DNA of 64,000 nucleotides from Camelus dromedarius (Eukaryota), in the NCBI RefSeq assembly GCF_036321535.1, contig NC_087437.1, positions 2,728,001 through 2,792,000 on the forward strand, given 5' to 3'. This document shows positions 1-12,891 of this stretch, in pieces. Positions within the stretch are counted from its first letter, which is position 1. Each line of letters opens with the position of its first letter. The notes beneath the pieces were generated by a model. It ran no database searches and was not told the origin of the DNA. It saw nothing but the letters and a program-made list of their open reading frames with translations. A program made the translations under genes and the position numbers.

Positions 1-1115
1 CACAGTTATTCATTCCTGGAGGGACAGGGACGTATCTGAGCCATCTCTGTCTCTTCTGCGGATTCTTCCATTCCAACTCAGTAATTAAACTGAGATTCTG
101 GGAAAACGTCTAGCAAAGAGAACCCAGATGTAAATGACATCTTGGATCATTTCAGATACTGGAGCACCTCTCTTACGAAGGTTTCCAAGTTCTTCTCTTA
201 CCCTTGAGTCTAAAATTACCATGGAGAGGTAGCGGCAAAACTAAACATTATTTTTTTAAAGCAAAGATTAAAAAAATATAGCTCAGTAGGATGGTGAAGT
301 TTGTGTAACTGGCCTTAAAGTTGGGTAGTAAACTATTAAAAAAAAAAATTTCAGCATCTTGTCCCATTTGACCACACACCTCAGTGCTGGATGTAAGGGG
401 GTTCCTGGATTGACTCAGATCAATCTCTTGGCTTCTCGTCACCTAAGAATACTCAGCTCTGAAATGCCTGTTTGCCACTCACAGCAGAGTGATGATATAA
501 CCTACTTTGAATTTCTCAGAAGCTTGGAACAATACAACTGCAAGGTACTCTCTTATTTTTAAGTTAATTCAAGGTAATTATTTCCAGAACTATTTTCCTT
601 CACGCATGAAGCACAAGTCAGAAACAATTTATACGGCTCCTGTCCATTCAGATTGAATATTTCTACTAGAATTAGTGTCGTATTCATTAAAAAAAGTTCT
701 GAGTTATTATTATAGGGTGTGAGCGTTTTTACCTTTGCAGAACAGCATTTCACTAGGTGGGTTGAACTGGCCACTTAAAGAGTACTGATGCCCAAGCAAG
801 AGTTAGATGTGGTTTCCTTCATTAGTTGCATTTATAAAATATTTGCACTCAATAGAAAAATCCCCTAGCCCAATCATTGAAACTCCTGAATCACTTACAT
901 TAAAAAAAAATTATGAAATGGAATAAACCCCATCAACCAGCAAAGTTTTCACTAGGAAAGAGCCGACTGACTCTCTACTCGGATTCTGCAGAAATTTCTG
1001 AAATGTGAAGGCTGCTCTTAGCTGATTTTAGGTATTCTGAGACTACACAAGCAGGTCAACAATTAAGAGGAACAGGGGTTTGCAGCAGAAAAGTAACAAA
1101 GAGCAGCTTTTTTAC

Positions 1116-1308
1116 CTCTCCTCTTCTTACACCCAAGCTTATGTCTTGCACAGCGGTGGTTCTCTTGAAAAAGCTTCTGTAACTTTTACTAAGGTTGTAC
1201 AACATGAGAATGTCTCCATAGGTTCTTCCTTTCAACACCCTCATTTGCTCCTTTCCAACATCTATGTCCTTAGAAAATGTGACTGTGCCCTGAATGGCAG
1301 AAGGACGC
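1116..1308 (-). pseudogene. ABCA13: ABCA13-derived exon (linker before the second nucleotide-binding domain), part of a partial pseudogene copy
   Basis: Acceptor ttctctctccAG and donor GAG|GTAAAA; 193 bp = 1 nt + 64 codons. Translates [64 protein letters not shown], matching recalled ABCA13 (...GDILVLYNLSKHYRRFF...[13 protein letters not shown]). Confidence 0.88.
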
Positions 1309-3463
1309 CTGGAGAGAGAAGTGAGAGTTAATTCACTCCTGGGAAATGGGGCTGGAAGAATCCAGAGAGGGGGCGGCTCAGAGGTCACCCAAACAGAAGA
1401 TACGGTCTTCCGAGTCTGCAGTATCAGCTGGGGTGCATGCACCCCAGTTCTGCCATCCTGGTGACTGATAACCACAGAGTCAGTATTCATCCCTTAACGT
1501 GAAGGAAATGTGCGTGTGCCTGAAAGCGACGTGGATGGACACCAAACTAGAACGACTCTTCAATTTGATGAATAATAAAGTCATGCCAGACTTTCGTGTT
1601 GGAGGGACAAATAGTTTATTAGAATAAAAAGAGATCAACTCATGTAAGCACTTTTAGCAAACAGTAATGTTATAAAGTAGGTTACACACAAAAGGACCCA
1701 AACACTATAGTCCTATAGCGTACGCTGGATTGTATAAAAGGATTGCACGGCAAGCCCTGTGCTCAATGCCTGGCCCAACAGACTTACATGTCTGTTGGAC
1801 AAATACAAATTTAATTTTCAAGTCTAATTTATTTACTCTAAATCTGAGCTGCTCACTTTTCAATCTTCCTTGTGTTTTTCATTCCGGTGCATTTGAGCTT
1901 TCACATAAATCTCCATTTCTGCAAACTGTAATATGCCAATATTTTAATAACTAAATGAGTACAGATCACCGAGAGAGTGTTGTGCCAACATCAATTTCCT
2001 GGCTTTCTCAATGTCTTATTGTCATGTAACGTATTATTACATTATCATGACATCATTGAGAGAAGCTGGGTGAAGGGGACATAAGAACTCTGTACTTATT
2101 TTGCTATTTCTTGTGAGTGAAACTATTTTAAAATAAAAAGGATTAAAAATAAAATAAAACATCCACTGCCAGAGCCAGGTGCCCCCAGATCTTTCCTTTG
2201 TACTATTCTTTTCCATACCTGAAATCACCACTGGACAAACAGATGATGTTTTCAACACAACAGAGGTGATGAGAAAATACAGGGAGACCCTCTGGCGTCT
2301 ATGTTATACCATGTAATCTACATAGTTTCCAAAAGCATGAGACAGGAACCGACGGGGGCACAAATAAGAAAGGCAGTCCTCTGCGGAGCGGTCATTGACT
2401 AGAGCGGGTTGTGAGGGGGCTGCGGAGATGCTGAGAGTGCTCAGTCTGGAAGAAGGGAGCACAGGTGTGTTCAAGCTGTGGAAAATCATCAAGTTTTACT
2501 CATTTCTGCTTGACAGTTACCTTCCCCTTCCCCCGCTGAGAGTGCACTCCTTGACCCTTCAGCCTGGCCTGCCTTCCAGAGGTCTTTTCTCACTCTACCA
2601 GGAAACCATACTCACTTATTCCTTCCTGTTTCCAGGACCCACCCCAAGGCACCCACAACAGCAGTTCTGACCCTCTCCTCGTTACAGTCTCCTCGGAGAC
2701 TTACAAATCCTCCCTGGGTCCCACCCCTAGAGCCTCTGAAATCAGGGTCCCGCACGCTTCTTCACATCTCGAGTTACTCTGATGGGTGAAGGACAATGGG
2801 AGGGGTCACTTCTACTGGGCTTGCAATGATCCAACACGCAGTCCATTCACCTGCACTCAGAAATGTGCCCCTTAGTCATCTTCCAGTGGCAACCATAAAA
2901 AAATGTCACTGTTCTACAAAGGAAGCAACCTGATGGGTACTAGCTGTGGCTGAACCTTCCAGAGGGTCAGTACACCTAAGGTCAGAAGGCACATGCGGCC
3001 CTGGGCCATGGGACTGCCCAGACCCAGCCGGCATCTGGGGTACAGAGCACAAAGTCCAGCTCCAGACCAGACAGAGAATAAACAGGGCACCTCCCCAAAC
3101 CCACCCAACCTCACTGGTATGTGGCCAGAGCTGAGAGGACAACCAGCAGGGCCGCGGGATGGGAGCAAGTGCAAGAGACGTGAGGGTGGCACCCCAGTGG
3201 CCTCTGGGCCTGCACTCCGCTCCACACCAGGAGCAGACCATGGGCCACTGCTCATGAGGGGATGCATTATTACTAATATAAGTTATCAGCACTGAACTTC
3301 CCAACCAACAAAACAAACCAAGAAAACATAAAATCTGAACTATTAGAGCAGTGTGTAATACTGATCAGACACACATCTTATCTTGCAACCTCCAGGATGC
3401 AGTTTCCCCTCCCTCTTCATCCAGAAGTGGGTACCACTCAAGGATGCGCCCTGTGGGATGTAC

Positions 3464-3716
3464 CTAGACCACTGCAGAAGGCCCCAGTGCAGCAGAATCC
3501 TCAAGAGGAGCACAACTGTGCCTTGTGAGGCCAGGTGCACAAAGATCCAGCCCAGAAGTTCATCTCAAAGGGACTCATGTAGGAATCCAAGCTGAAGTTG
3601 TGGGTCAAATCATATTTGATCTGACTGTAACAGAGTTCTATCAATCCTTGGCCCAGGCAGAATTGAGGGAAAATAGTGAACACTCACTTGAAGACATCAT
3701 AGATATTCTGCAAATT
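3464..3716 (-). pseudogene. ABCA13: ABCA13-derived exon (second transmembrane domain) with premature stop and 1-bp frameshift
   Basis: Acceptor ctttcactgcacAG, donor TAG|GTAC. Reads [53 protein letters not shown], then after a frameshift [33 protein letters not shown] at 3684-3686 replaces the expected Trp; a 1-nt deletion lies near 3553. Confidence 0.9.
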
Positions 3717-3759
3717 CTGTGCAGTGAAAGACAGAGAAATCAAATGAAAAGTGCTTCAT

Positions 3760-4512
3760 AATTCCCATTTCTCCTTGTTGGAACTCCCAATCCCAGCCAC
3801 TCAAGGATACCTGCAGACAGCCATCAAATCCAAGACGAGTATTCTCCAGCCTGAAGCCCTAAGGGTTCAGCCCTGCGCGGTTTTAGACTCCGCTGGGACC
3901 CCTCCCCTCTTTCTGTCTTCCAACGTCTTCCTTTTGGAATGTAAACATCTCACCTATGCCTGTCCTAGCACTGTATTTTGGAAGTGCGTAACTTACCTGG
4001 TTTCACAGGTTCACAAGGCGAGGGGAACTCTGCCTCAAGATGAATGTACCTCGAGTCTCTCCCATCTCTGATGTAGATGATATTTAGATGGAACTTTGGA
4101 CTAGAACGGGTTTAGACTTTGGGGGCTGCTGGGGTAGATTAATGTATTTTTCATACGTGAAGGACATAATTTGGGGGGGCCAGGAGGGGAATCTGATAGA
4201 CTGTTTGCCCCCCGACCCAAATGCACGTGTTGAAGACCTAACCCTCAATGTGATGGTATTACGATATGGGGCTTTGGGAGATGACTGGGTTTAGAGGAAG
4301 TCTGAGGTACAACCCTTGATGCGATCGGTGTTCTTACAGGAAGAGGAAGAGACACCAGAGCATCCTTTCCCTCTGCGGTGCGAGGACACAGCGAGAAGGA
4401 ACCTGCCAGCACCGTGGTACACCCCAGCCTCCAGAACCATGAGAAACGCAAGTCTGTTGTTTTGGGCACTCACTCTATTGCACTGTGTTGGAGCAGCCCG
4501 AACTGACTAAGA
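3760..4512 (+). mobile_element. MaLR (MLT1A-like) internal fragment plus LTR
   Basis: Typical MLT1 LTR motifs 'gttgaagacctaaccctcaatgtgatggtatt...gagcagcccgaactgactaaga' from ~4193, preceded by MaLR-internal-like sequence. Boundaries approximate. Confidence 0.65.
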
Positions 4513-4647
4513 ACTTGAGTAGCTAATTTCGTGGGAGGACATGAGTGTCTAAATGAGTGGATAATATTAAAGTTCACATTTTATGGCAAGACAAGAAAAT
4601 TACGCGTAAAATAAAATTCGTTAAGTTATGGCAAGACAACAAAAATT

Positions 4648-5047
4648 GAAACATAAAAAATTCTTCTCTGCCCTCTGACCTCCTCTCCTGGCACTGTGCA
4701 CCATGTGTCTGCATTCTGCATCGATCGGGACACCTGGTCAACCATAAAGAGCCACATTCTCCTAGTGCCAACAAGACAAATCCTTAAAAGATAACATTCC
4801 TTCTTGACTCTGTTAGGGGTCACATGACCCACCAGGATGACGCATAGATCTGGATGATGTAAACTATCAATAATACATCATTTGATGCACAGCCCTCTGT
4901 CTCAAAAAACGTATATGACCGCCTTGATTTGTAATGGGTGGAACACTTCTCAAAGCTTTCTGAGATGCTCTCCCCAGGTTACAATCCTCAAATCTGGCTC
5001 AAATAAAATTTTCCATTTCTTTCTTAGGTCAATCATTTTCGTCAACA
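4648..5047 (+). mobile_element. ERV solo LTR
   Basis: TG...CA ends, AATAAA near the 3' end, U5 ending 'cattttcgtcaaca'. No matching TSD found; start approximate. Confidence 0.5.
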
Positions 5048-7796
5048 GCTGTGACTGTGAACATTTCCATAACATGAAAAATAGTTCACACTTAGCATAG
5101 AGTAGATATTAAATATACGTAGTTGTCATTAACATTCAAATTAAATAGTATTACAAGGCCAAGGAGATGGAAAGAGAACAATTAGTATGTAATTGCAGAG
5201 AAACCAAAAAGTATGAAGATATTTGAAAAATACAATTTGAAATTGAATATATATATATATAACAAATCTGCCATAAATTTCATTATTGTTTCTACCATCT
5301 GATGTTTTGTGAATCTGGTGTTTTATAATGAAATTCAAATTATTACTGTGTTAATCACTGTCTACTAGGTGCTTTCTGTGAAGTACTGTATGTTCCCCGC
5401 TTTACTGAATTTTACTGCATTTCATTCTCTCAATAAATGTACAAGGTACTAAGAAGTAAATTCAGTTAAGAATTCGCAAACACAGTTTCAAGTGGCTGAT
5501 TAATGTGTCCAAACCACATTGTGGGAAGGCCAGGACTCAACCCCCACCTGTCGGGTCCAAAGAATAAGGTTTTTCCACCAAGGAACGCAACATTTGGAGA
5601 AAATTCACCAAAACGTGGTTTGTTGAACTGACTTTTAGATACAGTATAGCTAAAGAGTTTAACCCAGAAAGGCTACGTGAACCACAACTAACAAATGATG
5701 CTATGCAAGTATCACTGAGAATCAGACTCACATTTTAGAGCCCTTCTCTCCCTATGTTCAAACTCAGTAATTGGTTCAAACAATAATATTCTATAGGGAA
5801 GTCAAATCCTCACCATGTGTACCTAATCACACACAGCAGGGTATGTTATATGAAAATTAAAGAATAAAATATTAAAGGTGTCAATTATATATTACACACC
5901 CAAAAAGGTCCAGTTTTCCCTTGTAATGCACACTCACAGGTGTTCACAATTAGTAGTCTCAACTGACATCACTGGGGACAACAGAAAATTCAATGAAGCC
6001 TCTCGGGGCGTTTATTATTATACGATGGTTTACCGTCTTCCGCATAGAGACAAGGGAAGAACACAAAAGGTTCATTTAATTTCCCTTCAATTCCTGTCTT
6101 GATTGACACTATTTACAGATGTCAACCAGTCCTAAAGGGGTCTATTAATCCAACTTTTCATAAAACAAAGTCTCTGGATCAAATAATGTCCCACATGAAA
6201 GGATTTTTGTCTTACTAGTGGTAAGATGGAAACGGTAGACTTTTGTAGCTTTTAACTCAGGAAGTGACAATTCAGGAAATAACCATAAGGACTTCAGATC
6301 TGAATGTGACGAACCCCCAGGTACCTACCCCGCCATGAACAAAGCTGTCCATGATGCATGGACACTGAGTTGACAAGTAATCCACACGTGGAGGCGGGCA
6401 GCTACACAAATTCATCGAACAGCAATTCACAAGTGTCTGACTTACAATACTTAGAGATTGAGTATCCAGAGAAATAAATTACTGAAACTGTGAGTCTCCC
6501 TCTCCACTTAAAAGGAAGCCTCACCAGTGGGAGAGACAGATGCCCCGGCCCTTGAGTTAGAACCCAAAATGTATTTCCTATAGACATTGGCTTATAAATT
6601 GTGATGTAGTAAAAACTAAAATGCTCTTATTAACATCATAGGTTGTGTACGCAATGGTCAATACCAGTTGTACTGGCTTTTGGCACTGATCTGAGACTCC
6701 AGTCACCTTTCTTGGATTCTTCTATTGATGCCATGAACGTGTATCAATTGCTCCATTAACTTACAAATGAATATTTGAAACCACCTATTTATAACGTTGA
6801 GTTTTTAAAGCAAACAACATCAAAATAAAGAGCAAAGGAAAAGAAAGTCCTGAGGAACAGCAATAAAATGCCTTTTATTATCTGTTAACAATCGAGCTTG
6901 ACCCTTTTTTTTGCAAACAACCTATTACCTGCTGATTTTCTCTCCAAGTGAGCAACTCTGTTTACAACAGAAGGGAACAATGCCTCCCACCGACCTAAGC
7001 ATTAGGATCTCACCACACAAAGGTTCCTGGCTAGATCCTCTTTGGGTCTGGAAGATCTCTCCTTTTCCATCTGAGATCCTGACCCCTGGAGCAGATCCTG
7101 CTGCGAGGTTCTCACGATAAGGTCCATCTACCTTGAGTCTGGTTTCCTCCCCATCTTAGTTCATGACTGACATTCATGATTTTTTGTTGTTGTTATTAAA
7201 GACAGCAGCTGGTTTCAGTTTGATGTATAAGTTAGCTTTGCTATAGTAACAAACATCCCCCAAATCTCAGTGCTTATTACTACACCAAGCACTGATTTCT
7301 CATTCGTGTCACCATCAGTGGTGAGGCCAACTGCTTCAGCTCTGCCCCATCCATGACATTAGGGACCTGCTGGGGACGAGGAAATTTGTGTTCTGCCTCT
7401 GCTAACTTCAACGTTCTCCTCAACCTAAAACCAACTAATGGTTTTGCTAGTTTTCTATTTAAAGTTTAGACACATTAATCCAGATTAGTGTCAATAGCAG
7501 ATCTATAAAAATCACCAAAATAAATCGTTCCTTTTACTGAATGCATAATGGATGTTTACATAACTCACTGCTTCTAAACAAACATGAGGCATAACCACAA
7601 AAATTAATAGGAGCCATCAGTGGAGAGCCTACCAAGTCTTGGCAAGTCCAGGCGTCAGGAAGCGAGCCCGCCCCACTTACGCAGGCCTCAGTCCCGGACC
7701 CCTCTGAGACACGACCAGCAGCACATTCGCCAGAACTGGGAGGGCTGGGCGTTTCCCACACTGTTTTCTCAGCCTGTGAGTCAATCACACACCGGG

Positions 7797-8420
7797 ACTA
7801 CTGAGGACCCCACAGGGCCTTCCTGGAAAAGACCCCCCTCCATGTCCTCCACCTGCCTCTTGTCTGCAGAAAAACATCAGCCTGCTAGGCCTGCCCAGAG
7901 TTCCAAAGAGCACATTTAATCGGAGAAGTGAGAAAACGCAGAATGGAAAGAAAACAGTCTAGCAAGACAAAATAATATTAGTTTAGCCACTAAACAAAGT
8001 CAAGCATCTTTAGTTCCTCCTCAAGGGCTGTAGCTCAAAGGGCTTTGAGCTGTTTTGCAGACACTGAAACCCCCACCAGGTGGAAGAAGCTTGTGGTGCA
8101 TGCTGCCCACAAGCACGTGGACCCCAGACCAGCTGGAACCAGAAGGTTGATGATGTTGACTCCCAGTGACCTCACCACCCACCAGTCAGAGGACTGTCGA
8201 TGAGCTGATCATGCCCCCAGCGACCCCCTCCCTCATCCTGTCTTTAAAAGACAATCTTTCCCTGAAAGCCTCCAGGGAGTTCAGGTCTTTTGAGCACTGG
8301 CTGCCTGGACTCCTTGCTGGGCACCTGCAATAAACTCTGCACTTTCCTTCAACACCACCAGGGGTCAGAAGACTGGCTTCACTGCTCGTGGGCAGTGGAC
8401 CTGAGTTTGGTTCAGTAACA
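7797..8420 (+). mobile_element. ERV1-type solo LTR
   Basis: TATA-like 'ctttaaaa', 'gcaataaactctgcactttcc', ends 'ttggttcagtaaca'. Start approximate. Confidence 0.6.
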
Positions 8421-8958
8421 TGAGGAATGGGGGTCTGTACAGTAGGGAGCCAGGAGAGCACAGTGGGCTCAGAGCCAAGAGGAGAAAGTAAAAGAGAAGT
8501 TGACATAAAGGCAAAGAAGAGGGTGAACTCAGTCTACTCCACAAGCAGCGCAGGGTAGGCTGCGGAAGATGGAAAACGGAAGGTGAGTTGAAGCAGGCAA
8601 GACCTAGGCAGGCCTCCCAGGAGGAGATGGGCGGAAGGAGCCTGGAGGGGACAAGAAGGATGTGTCAGCACAAGTGGATTCCACTTGATCTAGACACCTG
8701 CTGGGATAATACCCAAACTGGCCTGCTGATGCCAATGGCCTGCTGGAGAGAGGGTTCTCTGAGAAGGGCATCCTCCCCACCAGGAGACACATTCCTTAAT
8801 TAGGAGACATTTCTCAGGGCAGCCCTTTGCTCCAACATTTTGAAAGCAGCAAATCCAAATAAGTTCCAGGGGTCAGAGGAGAAAGGGCAGAATCACCCAG
8901 ATAATCTGGACCTGCTGTGGTCCAACAGTGTGGTTTGCCACTGTGGCCAATCCCACTT

Positions 8959-9040
8959 TGAAGCATCTGACCCCAAGGACCGATGACCCTGAAGCATCCG
9001 ACCCCGAGGACCTATGACCCTGGAGCATCCAACCCCAAAG
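8959..9040 (+). repeat. 31-bp minisatellite, ~2.6 copies
   Basis: Unit tgaagcatctgaccccaaggaccgatgaccc starts at 8959, 8990 and 9021. Confidence 0.8.
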
Positions 9041-9415
9041 AGACGAAGATCTGACCCCTCTCCCATGACACCTCGCCAGGACACATTTCACATCCACATC
9101 CACTCTTCAACCATCAATCAGTGACTCATCCACAAACGCACCCATGGATGCGGCCATGAGCACGCCTCTGGGTCTGGCCTCACGAAGGGAACAGCACCAA
9201 ATGCTCGTGCTTTGTCTGTGGTCACCAGCCTGGGGGAGGCTCTTACCATGACACAGACGTTTCTGTTACTTAGAGCCAATTTCTCTTCCTGGAGGTTGAA
9301 GGCAGTGGATACTAGCACATTTCATTTAATCTCAGTTGGAAAGTAACAGACCAGGCATGAGTCAGCACTCTCTTCTCCCTGCGCCCTGGGGGCGGCAGTA
9401 CTGAAACTCACTGAC

Positions 9416-9572
9416 CTGGACTTTGGAGGTGGTGGCCAGCAGCCGGAGCATGACGGTCATCAGCAAGGTGCGGAGGCCAAAGATGAAGTTCAAGGACTTG
9501 TACGAGGTGAAAGCAATGTTGGAACTGGAGAAGATTCTGGAGATCAGGTACATCCAAGGAAAAGTCGCATAC
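9416..9572 (-). pseudogene. ABCA13: ABCA13-derived exon (second transmembrane domain)
   Basis: Acceptor cttttcAG, donor CAG|GTCAGT; 157 bp. Translates [52 protein letters not shown] and splices in phase 0 onto the 3716 exon (NLQN...), as in recalled ABCA13. Confidence 0.88.
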
Positions 9573-10874
9573 CTGAAAAGTAGAGTGAAAAATCACCTTC
9601 CTCTTCTTCAGCGGTATAAAGCGTTTGTTCATCTGGTTATTTTTCCTCACTCAGTGAGCAGAAGCACATTTTACTGAATAAATCCTGCAGGATTTTCTGA
9701 AGACAAAGCACATTTTCAGGGGCTTCTGAAGACGCTGTAATCTAACGGGCAGAGCCCGGGGTAGGGTCCAGGCCGGGACGGGGCTTGCAGCAATGTGATC
9801 TGGAGTCAGCCCACAGCCCCGCCGTCCCCCCACAAGGGGCAAGCCTAGTCTCGCTCCTTTGCTTTGATTCCCCTCCATAAAGCAGGAGAAATACCTGTTT
9901 GTGAGAGTGAGAATGAAAAGCTATCAACAGCGGAAAGCTCTATATAAAAAGATGTTAAAAAAAAAACAACAAAAAGATAAAACCAGAAAGCGCCCTCTGC
10001 ACGGGCACCCTGCCAGATCGAGTTCTTTGTTTTAGTCTAGTTCCTTTTCTATACGATCTATGGTACTTGTCCCTGGGTAGAAAGATACATCCTCTTAAAT
10101 CAGAAAATATGATGTCTGTGTAGTAGGGTTTTAGAAACTCTTGTCAGCAGACATCCGCCCCGTAACTGAGGCATGAAGAAAATGAGTTTAGAGCATATAA
10201 GATGGAGGTGTTTTCTTTGTATTTACATGTTCATCAGTGACCTTTCAAATACTTAGTTCAAATAAACATTTTGGCAGCCCCAGTCTTCATGTCTTTTTTT
10301 TTTTTTTAAGAAAAAAGTTAAATTGGCTTAAAGAGCATAATTCATTTTTTAGTAAAACCTACAAAAGCGTCAAACAATGCCCATTCTTTTATTCAGGTTA
10401 ACAATACCATTTTAATGATTTAATGTTGGAGATTAGCATCCTGTTCACAATTATTCTGCAATTTATGGGGTTTTCCTCCCTTTGAAACTGGCCCCACCTG
10501 CAGGCTACAGGAATTTCTCAAGACACGGAACAGGATTCTGAGACCTCACCTTAATCCTTAAGTACTAAATATACATCAGGTATGTTCTTAAGGATGCAAT
10601 TTTTTATATAACCTGGGTTCTCATTTCTTTCTGACATTTTAGGTGTTATTTTTTTTCTTTTTGTTGCTAATTCTCCTACCTTTCCAGTTTAAATATCAAG
10701 TTTTTCTTGATAGCAAGAAACAAGAAAAAAAATTGTTACTGGATACTTTTTTCTATTATTTCTTGTGAGACTTTATTTACTTAACCAATCCTTAATTTTT
10801 TTCAGATGCCGAAAGTTGAACAAATAGCAAGAAAAAAAGCACAAAAATAGCAGGCACATTAGGATAATGCAATT

Positions 10875-11089
10875 TTAGATGATTTTTTAAATGCTCCTTA
10901 TTGTTAGTGCTGTTTGTGCAATAAACAAAATTCAAGAGAAAAAAACAAGCAGTTTTTAAGTAGTTACAAAAATATGCTTCTGCTTAGATTTTTAAATGTT
11001 TCCTTATTGTTGTAGTGCTGTTTGTGCAATAAATAAAATTCAAGAGGAAAAAAAAGTGGTATTAAAGTAGTTACAAAAATGTGCTTCTA
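10875..11089 (+). repeat. Diverged tandem duplication of ~108 bp
   Basis: 'ttttaaatg..tccttattgtt..agtgctgtttgtgcaataaa.aaaattcaagag...aagtagttacaaaaat.tgcttct' occurs twice in tandem. Confidence 0.85.
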
Positions 11090-11238
11090 GGGGGGAGGGT
11101 GCAGCTCAGTGGTGGAGCACGGGCTCAGCACGCACGAGGTCCTGGCTTCAATCCCCAGCACCTTCATTAAGAAAAATAAAAATAAAAGTATATAAATAAA
11201 AAAACCTAATTACCTTCTCCTGCCCTCCCCCAAACATT
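11090..11238 (+). mobile_element. tRNA-derived SINE (camelid vic-1-like)
   Basis: ggggagggtgcagctcagtggtggagc...ggcttcaatccccagcacc with A/B boxes and A-rich tail; flanked by an imperfect aaat(gt)gcttcta repeat. Confidence 0.85.
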
Positions 11239-12752
11239 TAAATGCTTCTACTTTAATTTTTTTCCAAGAATAGGAGAATTTCAACAATCTGTAAAGCTAA
11301 GTTAAGTATGAATACAAGTGTCATGGTTACTGTTCATTCATTCTACAATACTCATACTATTCTGTCTGAAATGCCCATCCATAATAAGAGGTTTTCTACA
11401 GGAACTATAGGAATAAAATATAATAACATGGAGTTTTCCTAATTAAATATGAAATGAAACATGTTTCCCTCAATGGTATACTCACCTGACAAATGCTGCT
11501 TGATTTTTACTTACTAAATGAACATTTCTTTGAGGCCATTTAATCTCATGGTCAGACTGATTATCCCCCCAGTTATGCCTACACCCCGTTTCACACACAG
11601 CTGGGAAGCAGCCGTGCAGAAACAAAGAATGGACAGGTTCTCTTTGGAGAGCAGGAGAAACCTGTGATAAAGAGGTCAGTTCAAAGACATCGCCCAGAGG
11701 GGTCCGGCCTCAGTATTTCCAAGGCAATAGCGTGAGGAGATGTGAAGCCACACTGTATCCCTGCACCCACTGGGCTCCATTCTAACCCATCTGTACAGGC
11801 GTAAGTTATCCTTGGCTCTGTCCCCCTCCTTGCATTCCATGGGGCCATCTCCTGCCCCTGTGGACGCCCAAGACCACCTGTTTCTACCACTCCCATCTCT
11901 GCCAGAGGCCAAGTAAGAAAACAGCTCTCACACTACAAGCACGACACACTCGTTTAATCCTTACCAGCGATCTTACTGCAGAGGGAAGAAAACCAAGTTA
12001 AGAAACTTGCCCACACGAGTCACCAAGGAAGTGGCAAAACTGGGACGTGAGTCCAGTCGGGGACGGGCTCCCAGGTCTCAGCATCAAACCCCCGGGTCGT
12101 TTTCTCTCTCTTGCTGTAACGAATTACTGGCACAAACACCATTTCGCACACGCGCAGAGACGCACGTAGGACAGGACACCCCCCCCCCAGAAGCAGGTTC
12201 ATTAAGTACGAACGTGTACACCCCATTGCTTTCCTCTGTCCTGAGTTACAGCGCCTGGAGCTCTGGGCAGGCATTTGGCTGGCTCACCCAGCATCAAGCA
12301 CACAGCAGAGATGCAATAAATCTTGTATTCTTTGCTTTCTCCCCCATTCAACAAATATCTACTGGACATCTGTCCTCTTAGGTTCCAGACACTGTTCTGG
12401 GTGCTGGGGAATACGTTAGTAAACAAATCAGAAAAAACTCTGCCCTAAGGAATCCAAGCTCCAGAGGAAATTAACTGATAGGTAAATCCATGTGATGTCA
12501 GAAGTGATAAATACCAACAAGAAAAATAAGGCAAAGAATGATGCAATGCCTGAGCTACCATTTAACGAAGTGGTCATCAAATTCATAAATGCATAAAATA
12601 TTTCTGATGTGGGTGTTGATCTCAGCAGCATTAATAACCATGAAAACATTTAAACAATTCAAGTGTCCAATAGCAAAGGAGAGACAGTCCTGGTACCTGT
12701 CCCACTCAGCAGGTTTGAGGTTTAAACGAGTTGATAACAAAAACAAGAAAGA

Positions 12753-12891
12753 GGGGGAGAGTATAGCTCAAGTGGTAGAGTGCATGCACAGCATGGGTCC
12801 AATCCCAAGTACCTCCTCTAAAAATAAATAAATAAACCGAATTACCTCCCTCCCCGCCCTGCCAAAAAAAAAAAAAAAAAAAAACAAAAAA
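12753..12891 (+). mobile_element. tRNA-derived SINE, internally deleted (mirror ~63369-63506, minus strand)
   Basis: gggggagagtatagctcaagtggtagagtgcatgc...aatcccaagtacctcc, then aaataaataaaccgaattacctccc and poly(A). Confidence 0.85.

Noticed and set aside
4581..4647. 21-bp direct repeat with a short spacer (ttatggcaagacaa...)
   Set aside because: Only two copies in mammalian DNA; a small local duplication, not a CRISPR-like array.
11090..11165. tRNA-Ala-like sequences (also at 12753, 19004, 29301 and mirrors)
   Set aside because: Each is followed by a shared tail and A-rich end, most with TSDs; these are SINEs, not tRNA genes.
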